Part shown: one piece after another, positions 1 through 9,783 of the stretch
Numbering within the stretch: position 1 is the stretch's first letter
Layout: the number at the start of each line of letters is the position of its first letter
DNA from: an uncultured Bdellovibrionales bacterium
Lineage (GTDB): Bacteria; Bdellovibrionota; Bdellovibrionia; Bdellovibrionales; JAMPXM01
Direction: 5' to 3'
Length of the DNA: 64,000 nucleotides
Assembly (NCBI GenBank): GCA_964543475.1
Contig: CAZIYJ010000004.1
Span: forward strand, 63,362 to 127,361
Made by a program: the position numbers and the translations under genes
The notes under the pieces: model-generated
Databases searched by the model: none
What the model saw: the letters and a program-made list of their open reading frames with translations, nothing else
Told to the model about the DNA's origin: nothing

Positions 1-1
1 G

Positions 2-1285
2 CTTGGACTTTCGAGCACGTCTCTCGCAAACGAAAAACCGAGCACCCTCAACCAGGCGATCGACAACGCGCTAAAACGCAACGAGATCACTCGTTCAACC
101 GACGAACTTCTTGAGTCAATTCACTTCTCAACTCTTGCACTTAAAGCCTCAAAGCTTCCACGCGGTGAATTTAGTTGTTCTGCAAATATGAATCACTCGC
201 AAACAACGACAATCCTTACGTACGTCTCGACAGACTTCTCGAAACAGTGCGGAATCTCGGCTGGCGCGAACATTTACGACGGCGGAGCTCACCGATTCGA
301 ATTGAAAGCTGCCGAGGCTAACGAAGCGGCTCTAAGAAACCTCTTTAACACTGCCGATCAGTACACTCGCAACACTCGCGGAGGACTCGCATTCAGTACC
401 CTTCAGTCCTTCACAACCCTACAGACAACTCGTTCAGAAATTGAAATCAATCACTTCTTTAAAGAAGCCTATGAAGTATTCGCAACAGCCGTTAGTGACT
501 CAGCTCAAAAATCGATTCTGCAGTCTCGCGCTTCAGACTTTGTAACTCAGATTGAAACACTGATGGAAAAAAGCGAAGTCTACAATGACAACTTCGAATT
601 CCTTGTAAAACTTCCGCCCGCTGATCAAATCGAATCGCTTGATCAGACAATCGCAGGACTTCAAATTCCTGCAAGTGTTGATGAAGCAATTAATCTTGCA
701 ATCACTAAAGGCCCGACGGTTGTGGGTAAAAACGCTGAAGTTGAAATGGCCGACTATAGCCTTAAAGCGCTGCGCGCACGAAGTGGCCCAAGCGTTTCAG
801 TTGGAGCGCATGTCAGCCGCGGCGGCTACTCCGATCAGTTCAGAATTAAAAACGATACGACTTACACAAGCGCAAGTGTTGGAATTACGCTTCGTATTCC
901 GCTCGACCCTTCAAGAAAATATCGTGTACAGGCCGCTGAACACAGCCTTAGTTCAAAGAAGCTCGAGCGAACAGCAGCTATCGAAGCTGCTAAACAAGAC
1001 ATGAAAGCAACCTATCGTATTTTAGAAATCGATCGACGAAACTACTTAGCATTGAGTCGCGACTACGCAAGCCAAAAAGCTCTAGTAGCAAGCGCTATTG
1101 AAAAAATAAAAGCGGGACAATCATCAGGCATGGACTACACTTCGATGTCAGCCAATATCGGAATTTTGCAGCAGCGGTATTACTCTCTCATCTCAAAGCA
1201 GCGAAACATCGTTGATAACCTCTATAGCATTCGACAAGTAACGGGCCTTCTTTTTGACGAAGATTATAATTACCGAATTCAATAA
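2..1285 (+). CDS. TolC-family outer-membrane channel protein, 5' end cut by window edge
   Basis: The frame of listed ORF 188..1285 stays open (no stop) back to nt 2. This adds ...LNQAIDNALKRNEITRS..., a typical start of TolC/OEP repeats. Long helical heptad-rich sequence. The true start is upstream of the window. Confidence 0.55.
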   Translation, partial: LGLSSTSLANEKPSTLNQAIDNALKRNEITRSTDELLESIHFSTLALKASKLPRGEFSCSANMNHSQTTTILTYVSTDFSKQCGISAGANIYDGGAHRFELKAAEANEAALRNLFNTADQYTRNTRGGLAFSTLQSFTTLQTTRSEIEINHFFKEAYEVFATAVSDSAQKSILQSRASDFVTQIETLMEKSEVYNDNFEFLVKLPPADQIESLDQTIAGLQIPASVDEAINLAITKGPTVVGKNAEVEMADYSLKALRARSGPSVSVGAHVSRGGYSDQFRIKNDTTYTSASVGITLRIPLDPSRKYRVQAAEHSLSSKKLERTAAIEAAKQDMKATYRILEIDRRNYLALSRDYASQKALVASAIEKIKAGQSSGMDYTSMSANIGILQQRYYSLISKQRNIVDNLYSIRQVTGLLFDEDYNYRIQ

Positions 1286-1297
1286 GGATAAGCTCGA

Positions 1298-2446
1298 GTG
1301 AAGAAGTTTTTTAACCTATTCTTATCGGTAGTTTTCGCAAGCACCACCGCTGTGCCGCGTGCATTCGCCGATTCAGATAGTCCTGAAAAATTTCGGCTCG
1401 ATTTCCAAAGCGCGTCTGATGTTAGCGCGATCGAATTTGAAACTTTCACAGTCGACTCAGTTGGCGAAGCCTCTGAAAAAATCACTGAAGTTCTCGCACA
1501 AGATAATAACCGAGCAATCGTTAGCTCAGCTCTTCCAGCAATTCTAAAAACTGCCGCAAATTTTCCAAAAAAAGTGGCTCTTCTTCCAATTGCTGAGGCA
1601 GTTGAATTTGCAAAAGATCGACTCAACAGCGCAAACGAAATTTTGCGCTCTGTGCGAGAGAGCGTCATTAAAACCGCAAAGATCGATAAGCTTGGACTTG
1701 CGATTGTCACATACAGGATCGGCACAGATGTGGTTCGCTGGGTTCACGCAGATGATTTAAGTTCTTTCGCTAAAACTACTGGGCTTGTCTACTTAGTCGT
1801 CTCCACAGTCCTCCTGGGAATCGACAAAGATTCTTGGTCCAATTATATTGAACCGATTGAGAAGAAATGGACGAAGATTTTAAAGTTCTCTGCTAACACA
1901 TCAGAACACACGGGCGCGCAAAAAACACTGGTGTCGTATCTTTCAAATGCGACTGGTGCGACAATCTTAAACGTGGGCTTTATTCCAATTCTTGCGTTTG
2001 ATCGAATCGCTCAAGGAAACGCAGCTAGTTTAGCGGCTCCGGTACTAATGGGTCTTCTCACGACGGCATCGGCATTTAGTTGGTTCGAATTTTTTAAAGC
2101 CATCGACGAACGCGAAAGCCCACGCGCAAAAGCTGTTTCAAGATTCCTTCTCAATAGCCGAAGCATCGCGATTGCCTCTGTCGCATCAACTGTTATGTTA
2201 CTTAATAACCAGTCTTACGGCGCCACACCTTGGATAGTTTTAACAGTCAGCGGAGTCGTAGGTTTGCCGTTTATGTTGAAGGCACAGAAGATTGCTGACT
2301 GGATTGAGCGAAGCCCTATTCTCAATAAAGTTTCTCGGCTCTATAGTTCGGCCAATTCAGTTTTCAAACGCAAAAAGATTGCTACCGCATCAGTCTCAGA
2401 GCTTGTCGTTTGCAAAGACGTCTTCGTCCGAAGCGCTGCTTATTAA
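1298..2446 (+). CDS. hypothetical secreted/membrane protein
   Basis: GTG start 12 nt after the upstream stop. Sec-type signal (..AVPRAFA/DSD), then several hydrophobic helices. No family recognised. Confidence 0.6.
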   Translation: MKKFFNLFLSVVFASTTAVPRAFADSDSPEKFRLDFQSASDVSAIEFETFTVDSVGEASEKITEVLAQDNNRAIVSSALPAILKTAANFPKKVALLPIAEAVEFAKDRLNSANEILRSVRESVIKTAKIDKLGLAIVTYRIGTDVVRWVHADDLSSFAKTTGLVYLVVSTVLLGIDKDSWSNYIEPIEKKWTKILKFSANTSEHTGAQKTLVSYLSNATGATILNVGFIPILAFDRIAQGNAASLAAPVLMGLLTTASAFSWFEFFKAIDERESPRAKAVSRFLLNSRSIAIASVASTVMLLNNQSYGATPWIVLTVSGVVGLPFMLKAQKIADWIERSPILNKVSRLYSSANSVFKRKKIATASVSELVVCKDVFVRSAAY

Positions 2447-3804
2447 GGATTGATGGAGATGACTTCGCCGTTGGCTGGCGTCCACACGTCAAGTTTCAAA
2501 GGCTTCGTAAACCGAGTTTTATCATTGAGCTCACCAACTTCTCGCGAGTTATCAACTTTCACAGTGCGAACTTCCACTTTCTTATCATCAACAAAAATCC
2601 AGTGGAATGAATTGAATCGACCAGAGTCGCGAGTCCATGTGCGGATATCATTGTTCGCTCGCAGAGGAGCGCCCCAGCAACCCTCACCGATGTAGACTGT
2701 TCCCTCATTATCATCGCGCACAAAGCCGTCTTGGCTGCCACCGCTCGTGCTCGGACGAATTGGCCAAGTGGCCTTAACTGTGTGAGCATCGGCTTCAGAA
2801 ACTAAATCAACCTTGTACTGATAAAACAACGGAGCCCAATAACTGTATCCACTTGAATTGTCGTTTTTGCCTGCGGTATGCGGGCGAATGGGCCTGTGAT
2901 ACTGAGCAAATTTGTATTTCACATTTGAGTGCTTCGAGAGGTCGCCCTTCAGCCAATCAGTCTGAGCACCAGCCGCCGGCATTTCGCTATTGAGGGTATA
3001 GACTCGCAGTAAATCATCAGCAAAAGAAACAGCGTAATAAACTCCGGCTGGAGTATGAAAAAGTTTTTCTAATATCTCATTTGATACTTCATGATTCCCG
3101 CGTGTCATAAGCACAGCTGTCATTCGGCCATCGCGAGCGATAGTCAGCTGCCAGTCTTCAAACCACTGCGCCCACTGAAGATCAGTTCCGCTTGAAGTCA
3201 TATCGCCAGCGAACATCACAAAATGAGGTCGCAGTTTCGGAACAAGGAGATTAGCGAGCTGTCTTGGCAATTGATTACTTCGAGAATCCCCGCCCGCAAC
3301 GATCGAAAGTCGTTCTCGGCTTGAATCAGGAGTTGTTCGGAAAGAAAAGCGAGGGCTCACTCCTTTACCGTCACTGACAACAAAGTAATAAACCTTGTCA
3401 GATTTCAAACGAGAGAGTTCGACGAAGTAATTGTTTAGAGACTTAAATTGGTTGCTCGCTGTTGGTTCTGCAACCTCGGAATATTTATCAATATCTGTCC
3501 CGTGGTCTTTAACATCGTAATAGACTTTCGTATTTAATGCAGATCCCGCGGGCAAACTGTAACCAATAACAATCGATGTTGCAGGGTCGTTTTTGATCAT
3601 CAAACGATAATACTTAGTTTGCGATGCAGTTCGATTAACTGGATTTGTCTTTACGGGCGCAGAGTCATCAGTCTTAGTCGGAGGCGCAGGTTGCTCACTA
3701 TGAAGCGGCTGGATAGGCTCTTTGGGCCCTCTGGTGCCACAGCTGACACTGACAAGAAGTGACAGAGATATCGCGACCATGCGACGAGACGAAAAGTTCA
3801 TCAT
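2443..3804 (-). CDS. purple-acid-phosphatase-like metallophosphoesterase lipoprotein
   Basis: Lipobox LLVSVSC. Calcineurin-type motifs GGDSRS, FAGDMT and TRGNHE, preceded by a beta-rich N domain. Confidence 0.75.
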   Translation of the reverse strand: MMNFSSRRMVAISLSLLVSVSCGTRGPKEPIQPLHSEQPAPPTKTDDSAPVKTNPVNRTASQTKYYRLMIKNDPATSIVIGYSLPAGSALNTKVYYDVKDHGTDIDKYSEVAEPTASNQFKSLNNYFVELSRLKSDKVYYFVVSDGKGVSPRFSFRTTPDSSRERLSIVAGGDSRSNQLPRQLANLLVPKLRPHFVMFAGDMTSSGTDLQWAQWFEDWQLTIARDGRMTAVLMTRGNHEVSNEILEKLFHTPAGVYYAVSFADDLLRVYTLNSEMPAAGAQTDWLKGDLSKHSNVKYKFAQYHRPIRPHTAGKNDNSSGYSYWAPLFYQYKVDLVSEADAHTVKATWPIRPSTSGGSQDGFVRDDNEGTVYIGEGCWGAPLRANNDIRTWTRDSGRFNSFHWIFVDDKKVEVRTVKVDNSREVGELNDKTRFTKPLKLDVWTPANGEVISINP

Positions 3805-3941
3805 GAACTCCTATAGCTATGCGTTGAAACTATGCTCGCAGGTATCGCTACTTATGTAAATGCATTGACAGAAAACTGACGGTAAGGCGATAGACTTAAG
3901 GGCACGTTAGTCTAGTTACTCAAAACACTCAGGAGATAAAA

Positions 3942-4208
3942 ATGAAAAATTTGGTTTTAATTCTTGCGACCCTCATCATCGGATCACCCGCTTTCGCAGG
4001 CCCCACTTGCACAACAGAGGCAAAAGACAAATGGCAGGATCAAGCAAAGTTTCAAGAAAATTTGAAAGCGCAAGGCTACAAAATAAAAGTTTTCAAAGTT
4101 ACTAAAGGCGACTGCTTCGAAATCTACGGCTGGGACAAAGAAGGAAAAAAAGTAGAAATATATTTTAATCCTGTGACCGGCGCGATTGTAAAAGAAGAGC
4201 GCAAATAG
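3942..4208 (+). CDS. PepSY-domain periplasmic protein
   Basis: SD AGGAG 8 nt upstream of the ATG. Signal peptide. C-terminal pattern FEIYGWDKEGKKVEIYFNPVTGAIV is typical of PepSY domains. Confidence 0.55.
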   Translation: MKNLVLILATLIIGSPAFAGPTCTTEAKDKWQDQAKFQENLKAQGYKIKVFKVTKGDCFEIYGWDKEGKKVEIYFNPVTGAIVKEERK

Positions 4209-4615
4209 TGAAGTTCGACGTCCCGACCAAACTTACGCATTGGGCACTCGCCCTCTGCGTCTTTCTCAATCTTTTTGTTATTGAAGAAGGAAGCGATGTT
4301 CATAATTACATCGGCTACGCAGCCGTTGGTCTTGTAGGCTTTCGAACTCTTTGGCGTTTAAAGTTAGGCGCAGTCGCTCGTCACAACATTCTTGCTACGC
4401 TCACTTACATATTCATTTGGATGACGGTTCTAGCTCTAGGATTGACCGGGTGGATGATGGGTCTTGATCGCTTTTGGGGCGATGAATGGCTCGAAGACCT
4501 TCACGCCAATTTTTCAATTGGCATTCAAGTCTTGATCGGCTTGCATCTCTCAGGAGTCATTCTCGATAGCATTCGATATCGTCGAGCGACCTGGAAGGCC
4601 ATGTTATTAAAATAG
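4208..4615 (+). CDS. cytochrome b561-family membrane protein (di-haem b-type, PF01292-like)
   Basis: GTG overlaps the upstream TAG (TAGTG). Four TM helices with conserved His (THWALA, VHNY, LHANF, GLHLSG). PepSY + cytochrome b pairing is common. Confidence 0.5.
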   Translation: MKFDVPTKLTHWALALCVFLNLFVIEEGSDVHNYIGYAAVGLVGFRTLWRLKLGAVARHNILATLTYIFIWMTVLALGLTGWMMGLDRFWGDEWLEDLHANFSIGIQVLIGLHLSGVILDSIRYRRATWKAMLLK

Positions 4616-5127
4616 CAGTCATTGGCAATTCAGGGGGCGGCAAAACGGAGCTTAGTCGACAGCTAGGCCAAGCTTTGAATCTACCGGTTCATCACGTCGA
4701 TTCACTTCAATTCACTCCCGACTTAAAAATTCGCCCACACGCAGATACAATTCGAACTCTTAAAACAATTGAAAGTCAGCCTCTTTGGATTATTGATGGC
4801 TATGGCCCGCTCGATATTATTGAAAATAGGTTCGCGTTAGCCGATAAAATCGTCTTCGTTGATTTTCCGATCTGGCGACACTACTTATGGAGCGCCAAGC
4901 GACAAGTAAAGAATATCTGGTCTCCGAGGCGCGAATTGCCAGCGGGAGCTAATGAACTTAGCCTTCAGCATTCCATCAAGCTCTTTAAAAGCATCTGGCA
5001 AATGCATACTAAAATGCGTCCTGAGCTTTTGAGAATCTTTGAAAGACCAACTAATCGAAACAAAATGGTCTACATCCGCAGTCTAAGCGACTGGAAAAAC
5101 TTGTGTGAGCAGCTCTCTCAGAAGTAA
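4606..5127 (+). CDS. P-loop NTPase (adenylate-kinase/topology-modulation FlaR-like); start probably non-canonical ATT
   Basis: The listed ORF starts at TTG 4675, but the same frame is open from 4570 and encodes KIAVIGNSGGGKTELSRQL (Walker A) upstream of it. There is no ATG/GTG/TTG in that stretch. SD GGAAGG (4593-4598) lies 7 nt before ATT 4606. Confidence 0.5.
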   Translation: MKIAVIGNSGGGKTELSRQLGQALNLPVHHVDSLQFTPDLKIRPHADTIRTLKTIESQPLWIIDGYGPLDIIENRFALADKIVFVDFPIWRHYLWSAKRQVKNIWSPRRELPAGANELSLQHSIKLFKSIWQMHTKMRPELLRIFERPTNRNKMVYIRSLSDWKNLCEQLSQK

Positions 5128-5136
5128 AGTATTCCC

Positions 5137-5763
5137 ATGTTTCTCGACCAACGACTTCCTATCATTATTCAACTCGGCTTTGCTGAAAGCTCAATCCCAA
5201 ATCTCAAAAAGTACGTTGATCTTTTGTGGGCAGCCAATTCTGAGCTTAATCTGTTTAGTCGCAAAATGGAGTTTGAAGAGTTAATCGATAATCACGTCAT
5301 TGATTGCCTTCTCCCGCTTAAAAGTTTTCCCGTTAATACAAAAGTGGCAGCCGACTTTGGAGCCGGCGGTGGGCTGCCCGGAGTCATCTATGCGCTGCAG
5401 TTCCCTGAAATCAAATATCTGCTTTTTGAAAAAAGCCCAAAAAAGCGCGAGTTCTTAGAGCGCTGCAAAAGTATCGCTCCTAATTTGGTCGTAGAAGGAG
5501 ATATCCCTTCTCATCCAAAATCAGTTGAGATCGTAACGGCCCGGGCTTTTAAACCAATCGATGTGATTTTAGATATGAGCCGCGAATATTATCTGCGCGG
5601 AGGAAAGTATTTTCTACTTAAAGGCAGAAAAGAAAAAATCGAAGAAGAGATCGCTCTCGCCCGAAAGAAATTTAAAGACCTTGATGTAAAGATCGAAAGC
5701 CTTAAATCACCAGTCATGGAAGTTGAACGTAATTTAGTTTGGCTCTCGAAGGGTGGATTATGA
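5137..5763 (+). CDS. rsmG: 16S rRNA (guanine527-N7)-methyltransferase RsmG
   Basis: About 208 aa. SAM motif DFGAGGGLPG. Overall GidB/RsmG pattern. Confidence 0.85.
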   Translation: MFLDQRLPIIIQLGFAESSIPNLKKYVDLLWAANSELNLFSRKMEFEELIDNHVIDCLLPLKSFPVNTKVAADFGAGGGLPGVIYALQFPEIKYLLFEKSPKKREFLERCKSIAPNLVVEGDIPSHPKSVEIVTARAFKPIDVILDMSREYYLRGGKYFLLKGRKEKIEEEIALARKKFKDLDVKIESLKSPVMEVERNLVWLSKGGL

Positions 5764-7019
5764 GCACTCGCTCGCTGGACCAAAGTTTTTGGAGAAAGTT
5801 TGCTAAGAACAACTGGGAAAGAAAGTCGATTGTCGTTAAAAATATTGAATCTGAACTTCTGCAGTTAAACGACACTGAAGTTTTTAAACTATTGGTCGCG
5901 GCCGCTAATCAGTCTCGAAAAGACCGCTCACCTCTTGGATTTAAATTCTTTGTAAACGGAATTCGCTCATCAGATCTCGAAACAATGTTCGTTTTGCCGA
6001 AACGAAGTGATTTAAGTCTTCTTGGTTATCATGAACGCATGGAGCGCGTGTATCAAGACTACTGTCTTGTTTGTGACGAACTCTTGCAGGTGAACGAAAA
6101 CAAGCAGGCAATTCTCAATCGCTTCACACAAGATCTTTATCAGCAAGTTGGTTTCCCGAATCGATTCGCCGAAATGGGATTGTATCTTGGAAACTACCGC
6201 AAAACTCCGTTTGGAGTTCATATCGATCGATGTGGAGTATTTAGCTTTCCGGTAGTTGGTGAAAAGAAATTTAGAACCTGGAGTTCTGACTACGTTAAGA
6301 AGAATCCGGACTTAGAACAAAGTTTTCGTTACAATAAACACAAAGAACAATCTCATCTTCTGAACGTTAAATCAGGTGATATGTCTTATTGGCCGTCATC
6401 TGCATGGCATATTGCAGAATCAAATGGTCAGTTCAGCGCCACCTGGAGTCTTGGAGTTTGGGTCGACCGCACAAATAAAGAAGTCGCTTCAGAGGTCATC
6501 ATGACTCTCTTAAACAAAAAACTTGGCGAAATTGTGGACGAGTCCATGCTGAAGTTTGAGCGCATGCAAAATCTTGATGGTCAGATTGTTGAGCTCCCGA
6601 TGCTCTTTGACAAAATGGCGACTGCGATAAAAGAGCTGACACCTCATGAGATTAAAAATTCGTTTCGCGAGTCGTGGATGAAACGTCTCTCAAGCCACGG
6701 AATGAAAACTCCTCCTCGAAACAGCTCTGATTTTCATTTAAATAAAACAATCAGGCTTCGACATATTGAATCACCTATTTTATGGACTCTCACAAACAAA
6801 CCAAAATCATCAAAAGCAATCTTTACTTTCAGCTTCGCAGATAGCCGTCCAACGACCTCTGACTCAAAACAACTCCTAAAATTAATTAAAGACCTCAACC
6901 ACGGGCGCGACTGCAAAGTACAAGATTATCTTCGTGGCTCACGCCGCACGAGCGACTTGAAAGCGATTAAAGCTCTCGGGCAAGCCGGGGCCTTTGCAAC
7001 ATCAAGGAGTAATCCTTGA
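5760..7019 (+). CDS. JmjC/cupin-4 family oxygenase (RoxA/YcfD-like)
   Basis: ATG 5760 follows AAGGGTGGA and overlaps the rsmG stop (ATGA). N terminus FWRKFAKNNWERKSIVVK resembles YcfD FLERHWQKRPVVLK. Fe-site pattern GVHIDRC ... WHIAES (HxD...H) in a cupin context. Confidence 0.5.
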   Translation: MSTRSLDQSFWRKFAKNNWERKSIVVKNIESELLQLNDTEVFKLLVAAANQSRKDRSPLGFKFFVNGIRSSDLETMFVLPKRSDLSLLGYHERMERVYQDYCLVCDELLQVNENKQAILNRFTQDLYQQVGFPNRFAEMGLYLGNYRKTPFGVHIDRCGVFSFPVVGEKKFRTWSSDYVKKNPDLEQSFRYNKHKEQSHLLNVKSGDMSYWPSSAWHIAESNGQFSATWSLGVWVDRTNKEVASEVIMTLLNKKLGEIVDESMLKFERMQNLDGQIVELPMLFDKMATAIKELTPHEIKNSFRESWMKRLSSHGMKTPPRNSSDFHLNKTIRLRHIESPILWTLTNKPKSSKAIFTFSFADSRPTTSDSKQLLKLIKDLNHGRDCKVQDYLRGSRRTSDLKAIKALGQAGAFATSRSNP

Positions 7020-8362
7020 GAGCGCTCCTCTTGTTCTTAACACTTCAGTTGACTGTGATTAGCTGTGCGACACGAAATCACGTCGCAAATGATTACAACG
7101 CTGTATTAGAAGCGCAACCAAAACTTGCGCGAAAAACCATCGTAGTCTTTTTAATCGACGGACTTTCCGAGCAAACACTTAAGGCGTCATTGATCGGTAT
7201 GCCCCATGTAAAATCGTTCTTTGAAACCGATAAAACTATCTACCGCGCACACGCACCATTCCCCAGTTTAACTTTCCCCGGAATATCGAGTCTGCTCAAA
7301 GAAAAGCCCGTCAGCCAAACTGGCTTTATTGGCAACTCCTTTTACCTCGGCGATGAAATCGTAAATTTTGAAAAACCCTTAAAACGAAAAATATTCAGCG
7401 ACCTAATGAACACAGACAGCGTGTTCTCGCGCTTAAAGGCGCGCGGTGAGCGAAGTATCAGCTTAGATTATGGCCTGGGAATAAATGCGAGCGCTTATTC
7501 TCCGATTGAAGACTTAACTTCTCTGTTAGAAATTGCCGATGGCAACTACGACTACGCAGATACTAAAAAGATCGAAGCTGTCGAGTTACTGCTTTCCAAA
7601 AACCCTCCTGAATACTGGCCCACGTTTATTTTTATTCATTTGATAGGGGTCGATTTCCTTTCTCACAGCCAAGGCCCTCTCGCTGCCCCTACTCTTGCTT
7701 ACGTGATGAGCTTAGACGAAAAACTGAAGCCACTACTTGAACTGTTAAAGAATTCAGAAAAAAAGCATTCGATCGTTACGATGGTCACTTCGGATCATGG
7801 CTTTGCTAATCAGATTAAGTATTCACTTAATATTGAAAAGGTTGTTTCGGCTCTCGTAAAGAAGAGCGTGGTTTTAAACGAAAGTCGAATGGCTGCGGTA
7901 TTTCTTCGCGATAAGAAATCAAAAGGCGATGTCGCAGCCAAACTGTTGAGCCACAAAGGCATCCAGTATGTCGCAATTAAAACTGAAGCAGGCTTTGCGG
8001 TTGCTTCTGCTAAAAAGACATTATCTATACGATTGATTCCGTATTCATCATGCAAAGATGATGGGATCGCAATTTCGATCGAATTGAACCCATGGATTTG
8101 CCCAAGCGCACTCAGCGCAGACCACGATCCATTCGGAACTCCTTACTTTGTATCGAATCTCGCTCACTACTTTGCCGCAAAACAATCACCTGATTTAGCA
8201 GTAATCCCTGACTTCGAAACTGCGTTTTCGAAAGACTCTGTCGGCTTCCACGGAGGCCCATCTAATGAAGAAACAATTGTACCTGTGCTTTTACGCAACT
8301 CCACCATGTCTAGCGGCCAAGCTCCCCCTCTTTGGCGATTGCTCGAAGATCTTCTGAAATGA
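7016..8362 (+). CDS. alkaline-phosphatase-superfamily phosphodiesterase/NPP-like lipoprotein
   Basis: TTG start 6 nt after AAGGAG, overlapping the upstream stop (TTGA). Lipobox VISC. Motifs VFLIDGLS and VTSDHGF. Confidence 0.7.
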   Translation: MRALLLFLTLQLTVISCATRNHVANDYNAVLEAQPKLARKTIVVFLIDGLSEQTLKASLIGMPHVKSFFETDKTIYRAHAPFPSLTFPGISSLLKEKPVSQTGFIGNSFYLGDEIVNFEKPLKRKIFSDLMNTDSVFSRLKARGERSISLDYGLGINASAYSPIEDLTSLLEIADGNYDYADTKKIEAVELLLSKNPPEYWPTFIFIHLIGVDFLSHSQGPLAAPTLAYVMSLDEKLKPLLELLKNSEKKHSIVTMVTSDHGFANQIKYSLNIEKVVSALVKKSVVLNESRMAAVFLRDKKSKGDVAAKLLSHKGIQYVAIKTEAGFAVASAKKTLSIRLIPYSSCKDDGIAISIELNPWICPSALSADHDPFGTPYFVSNLAHYFAAKQSPDLAVIPDFETAFSKDSVGFHGGPSNEETIVPVLLRNSTMSSGQAPPLWRLLEDLLK

Positions 8363-9198
8363 AACGTTCAGAGTTTAAGGCTATTGCACTTCTTTTCGTA
8401 CTTGCTCTGATCGTGATGACTCTACTTCCCGATCGAGCCGTCGACCCTTGGTCGATCATAAGTCCTCGGCGATTCGGAATTATTGTTCTTGTGATCGCTT
8501 CGATCGAGTTTTGCGGATATCTCTTAAGTAAGTATTTAGGCGCAAATAAGGGAATCTGGCTCACAGGATTTTTAGGTGGCCTTATTTCTAGCACGGCGGC
8601 AACCTTAACCGCTTCTCGCGCGGCTCAAAAAAAACCTAAGTTTTGGAGAAGAGAAGCTGCCGCTGCTGCAGCCGCGCAACTTGCCGCCATTTTAACAATG
8701 CTTCCGATCCTCGCTTCAACCTCAACCGATCTTTTTGTTAAGACTTTGCCGATTATTATTTCAGCCGGCGGAGTCTCTCTGTTCGGAATGATTTGGGCAG
8801 GCTCTCGGGCACTTAAAGAGACCGAAGAAATTAAACTAAAATCGCCGCTCGATCTCAAAAATGTCGCAGGCCTTTCATTATTTCTCATGGCAATTCTTAT
8901 TATTGTAAACGTGGCTCAACTTTTTACCGGAGAGCTTGGGGCATTGATCGTAAGCTTTTTAACCGGACTCTTTGAGCTCCACGGACTCTCTCTCGCTAAT
9001 GCAGTCATGCACCGTGAAAACAAAATACTGATTGAAGATGCCTTGCTGAATATCACTGTCGCAATGTGTGCAAGTTTTATGGCGAAAGCTCTGATCGCAA
9101 ATGCAATTTCTCGAGGTAAATTTTCAATCTTTATGTTCACCCTCGCAATTACTATGAGTTTTGCATCCTTAACTGCATGGTTTATAACGAGTAATTGA
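8359..9198 (+). CDS. DUF4010/MgtC-related integral membrane protein
   Basis: ATG 8359 overlaps the upstream stop (ATGA). Multi-TM protein. GGLISSTAATLTASR motif is typical of DUF4010. Confidence 0.5.
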   Translation: MKRSEFKAIALLFVLALIVMTLLPDRAVDPWSIISPRRFGIIVLVIASIEFCGYLLSKYLGANKGIWLTGFLGGLISSTAATLTASRAAQKKPKFWRREAAAAAAAQLAAILTMLPILASTSTDLFVKTLPIIISAGGVSLFGMIWAGSRALKETEEIKLKSPLDLKNVAGLSLFLMAILIIVNVAQLFTGELGALIVSFLTGLFELHGLSLANAVMHRENKILIEDALLNITVAMCASFMAKALIANAISRGKFSIFMFTLAITMSFASLTAWFITSN

Positions 9199-9314
9199 GA
9201 CTTTTATTCTCGATTTCAAGTAACTCGGTCAGTTTGACCTACACTTTCTAGCAAATACCTAAACTTGAGATAACAAGACCCTTCGAGTACGTTAGTTCCA
9301 GGAAGTGAGGGGCT

Positions 9315-9770
9315 GTGACAACACTTGAAGAAATTTCGCCTTACCTCGATGAATCTGAGCCGTCCGATTTCTTTCTCTCTCTAATGAACAAAGTCGTTTT
9401 GGTCGTCGACGACAGCCTTGAAACTCAACGCTTCCTCGCTCGAATTTTGCACTCTCTCGGACTAGAGGTTCACTGTGCCGCAAATGGCGAAGAAGCACTT
9501 CGAATTTTTGAAAAGGCACTGCCGGATGTTGTTTTGATGGATCTTCAAATGCCGACACTCAATGGGTTTGATGCCACCTTTGCACTGCGAGCGGCTGGAT
9601 ATAAAGCGCCAATAATTGCCGTCACTGCCGACTCTCGCCAAGAAACTAAAATTGAGTGTTTACGAAATGGCTTTAATGGGCTCATTGCAAAACCAGTTGA
9701 TCGCCGGCATCTTGGAGAAATGATTCACTTCAGCGTTTCGAATCGGCATAATTTAGGTTTTGATAACTGA
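9315..9770 (+). CDS. single-domain response regulator (CheY-like receiver)
   Basis: GTG after GAGGGG. Canonical receiver residues: VVDDS, VLMDLQMP, AVTAD, IAKP. Confidence 0.85.
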   Translation: MTTLEEISPYLDESEPSDFFLSLMNKVVLVVDDSLETQRFLARILHSLGLEVHCAANGEEALRIFEKALPDVVLMDLQMPTLNGFDATFALRAAGYKAPIIAVTADSRQETKIECLRNGFNGLIAKPVDRRHLGEMIHFSVSNRHNLGFDN

Positions 9771-9783
9771 CTCTATTTACCAG

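Noticed and set aside
4601-4615. Programmed -1 frameshift (A-AAA-TAG) fusing the cytochrome b561 protein to the P-loop kinase
   Set aside because: Possible on paper, but a membrane cytochrome-kinase fusion is implausible. An SD-positioned ATT start explains the data more simply. Kept only as an alternative in the finding.
9292-9558. 88-aa minus-strand ORF overlapping the CheY-like gene
   Set aside because: It is antisense to a gene with canonical receiver motifs. It has no SD and an Arg-rich shadow composition.
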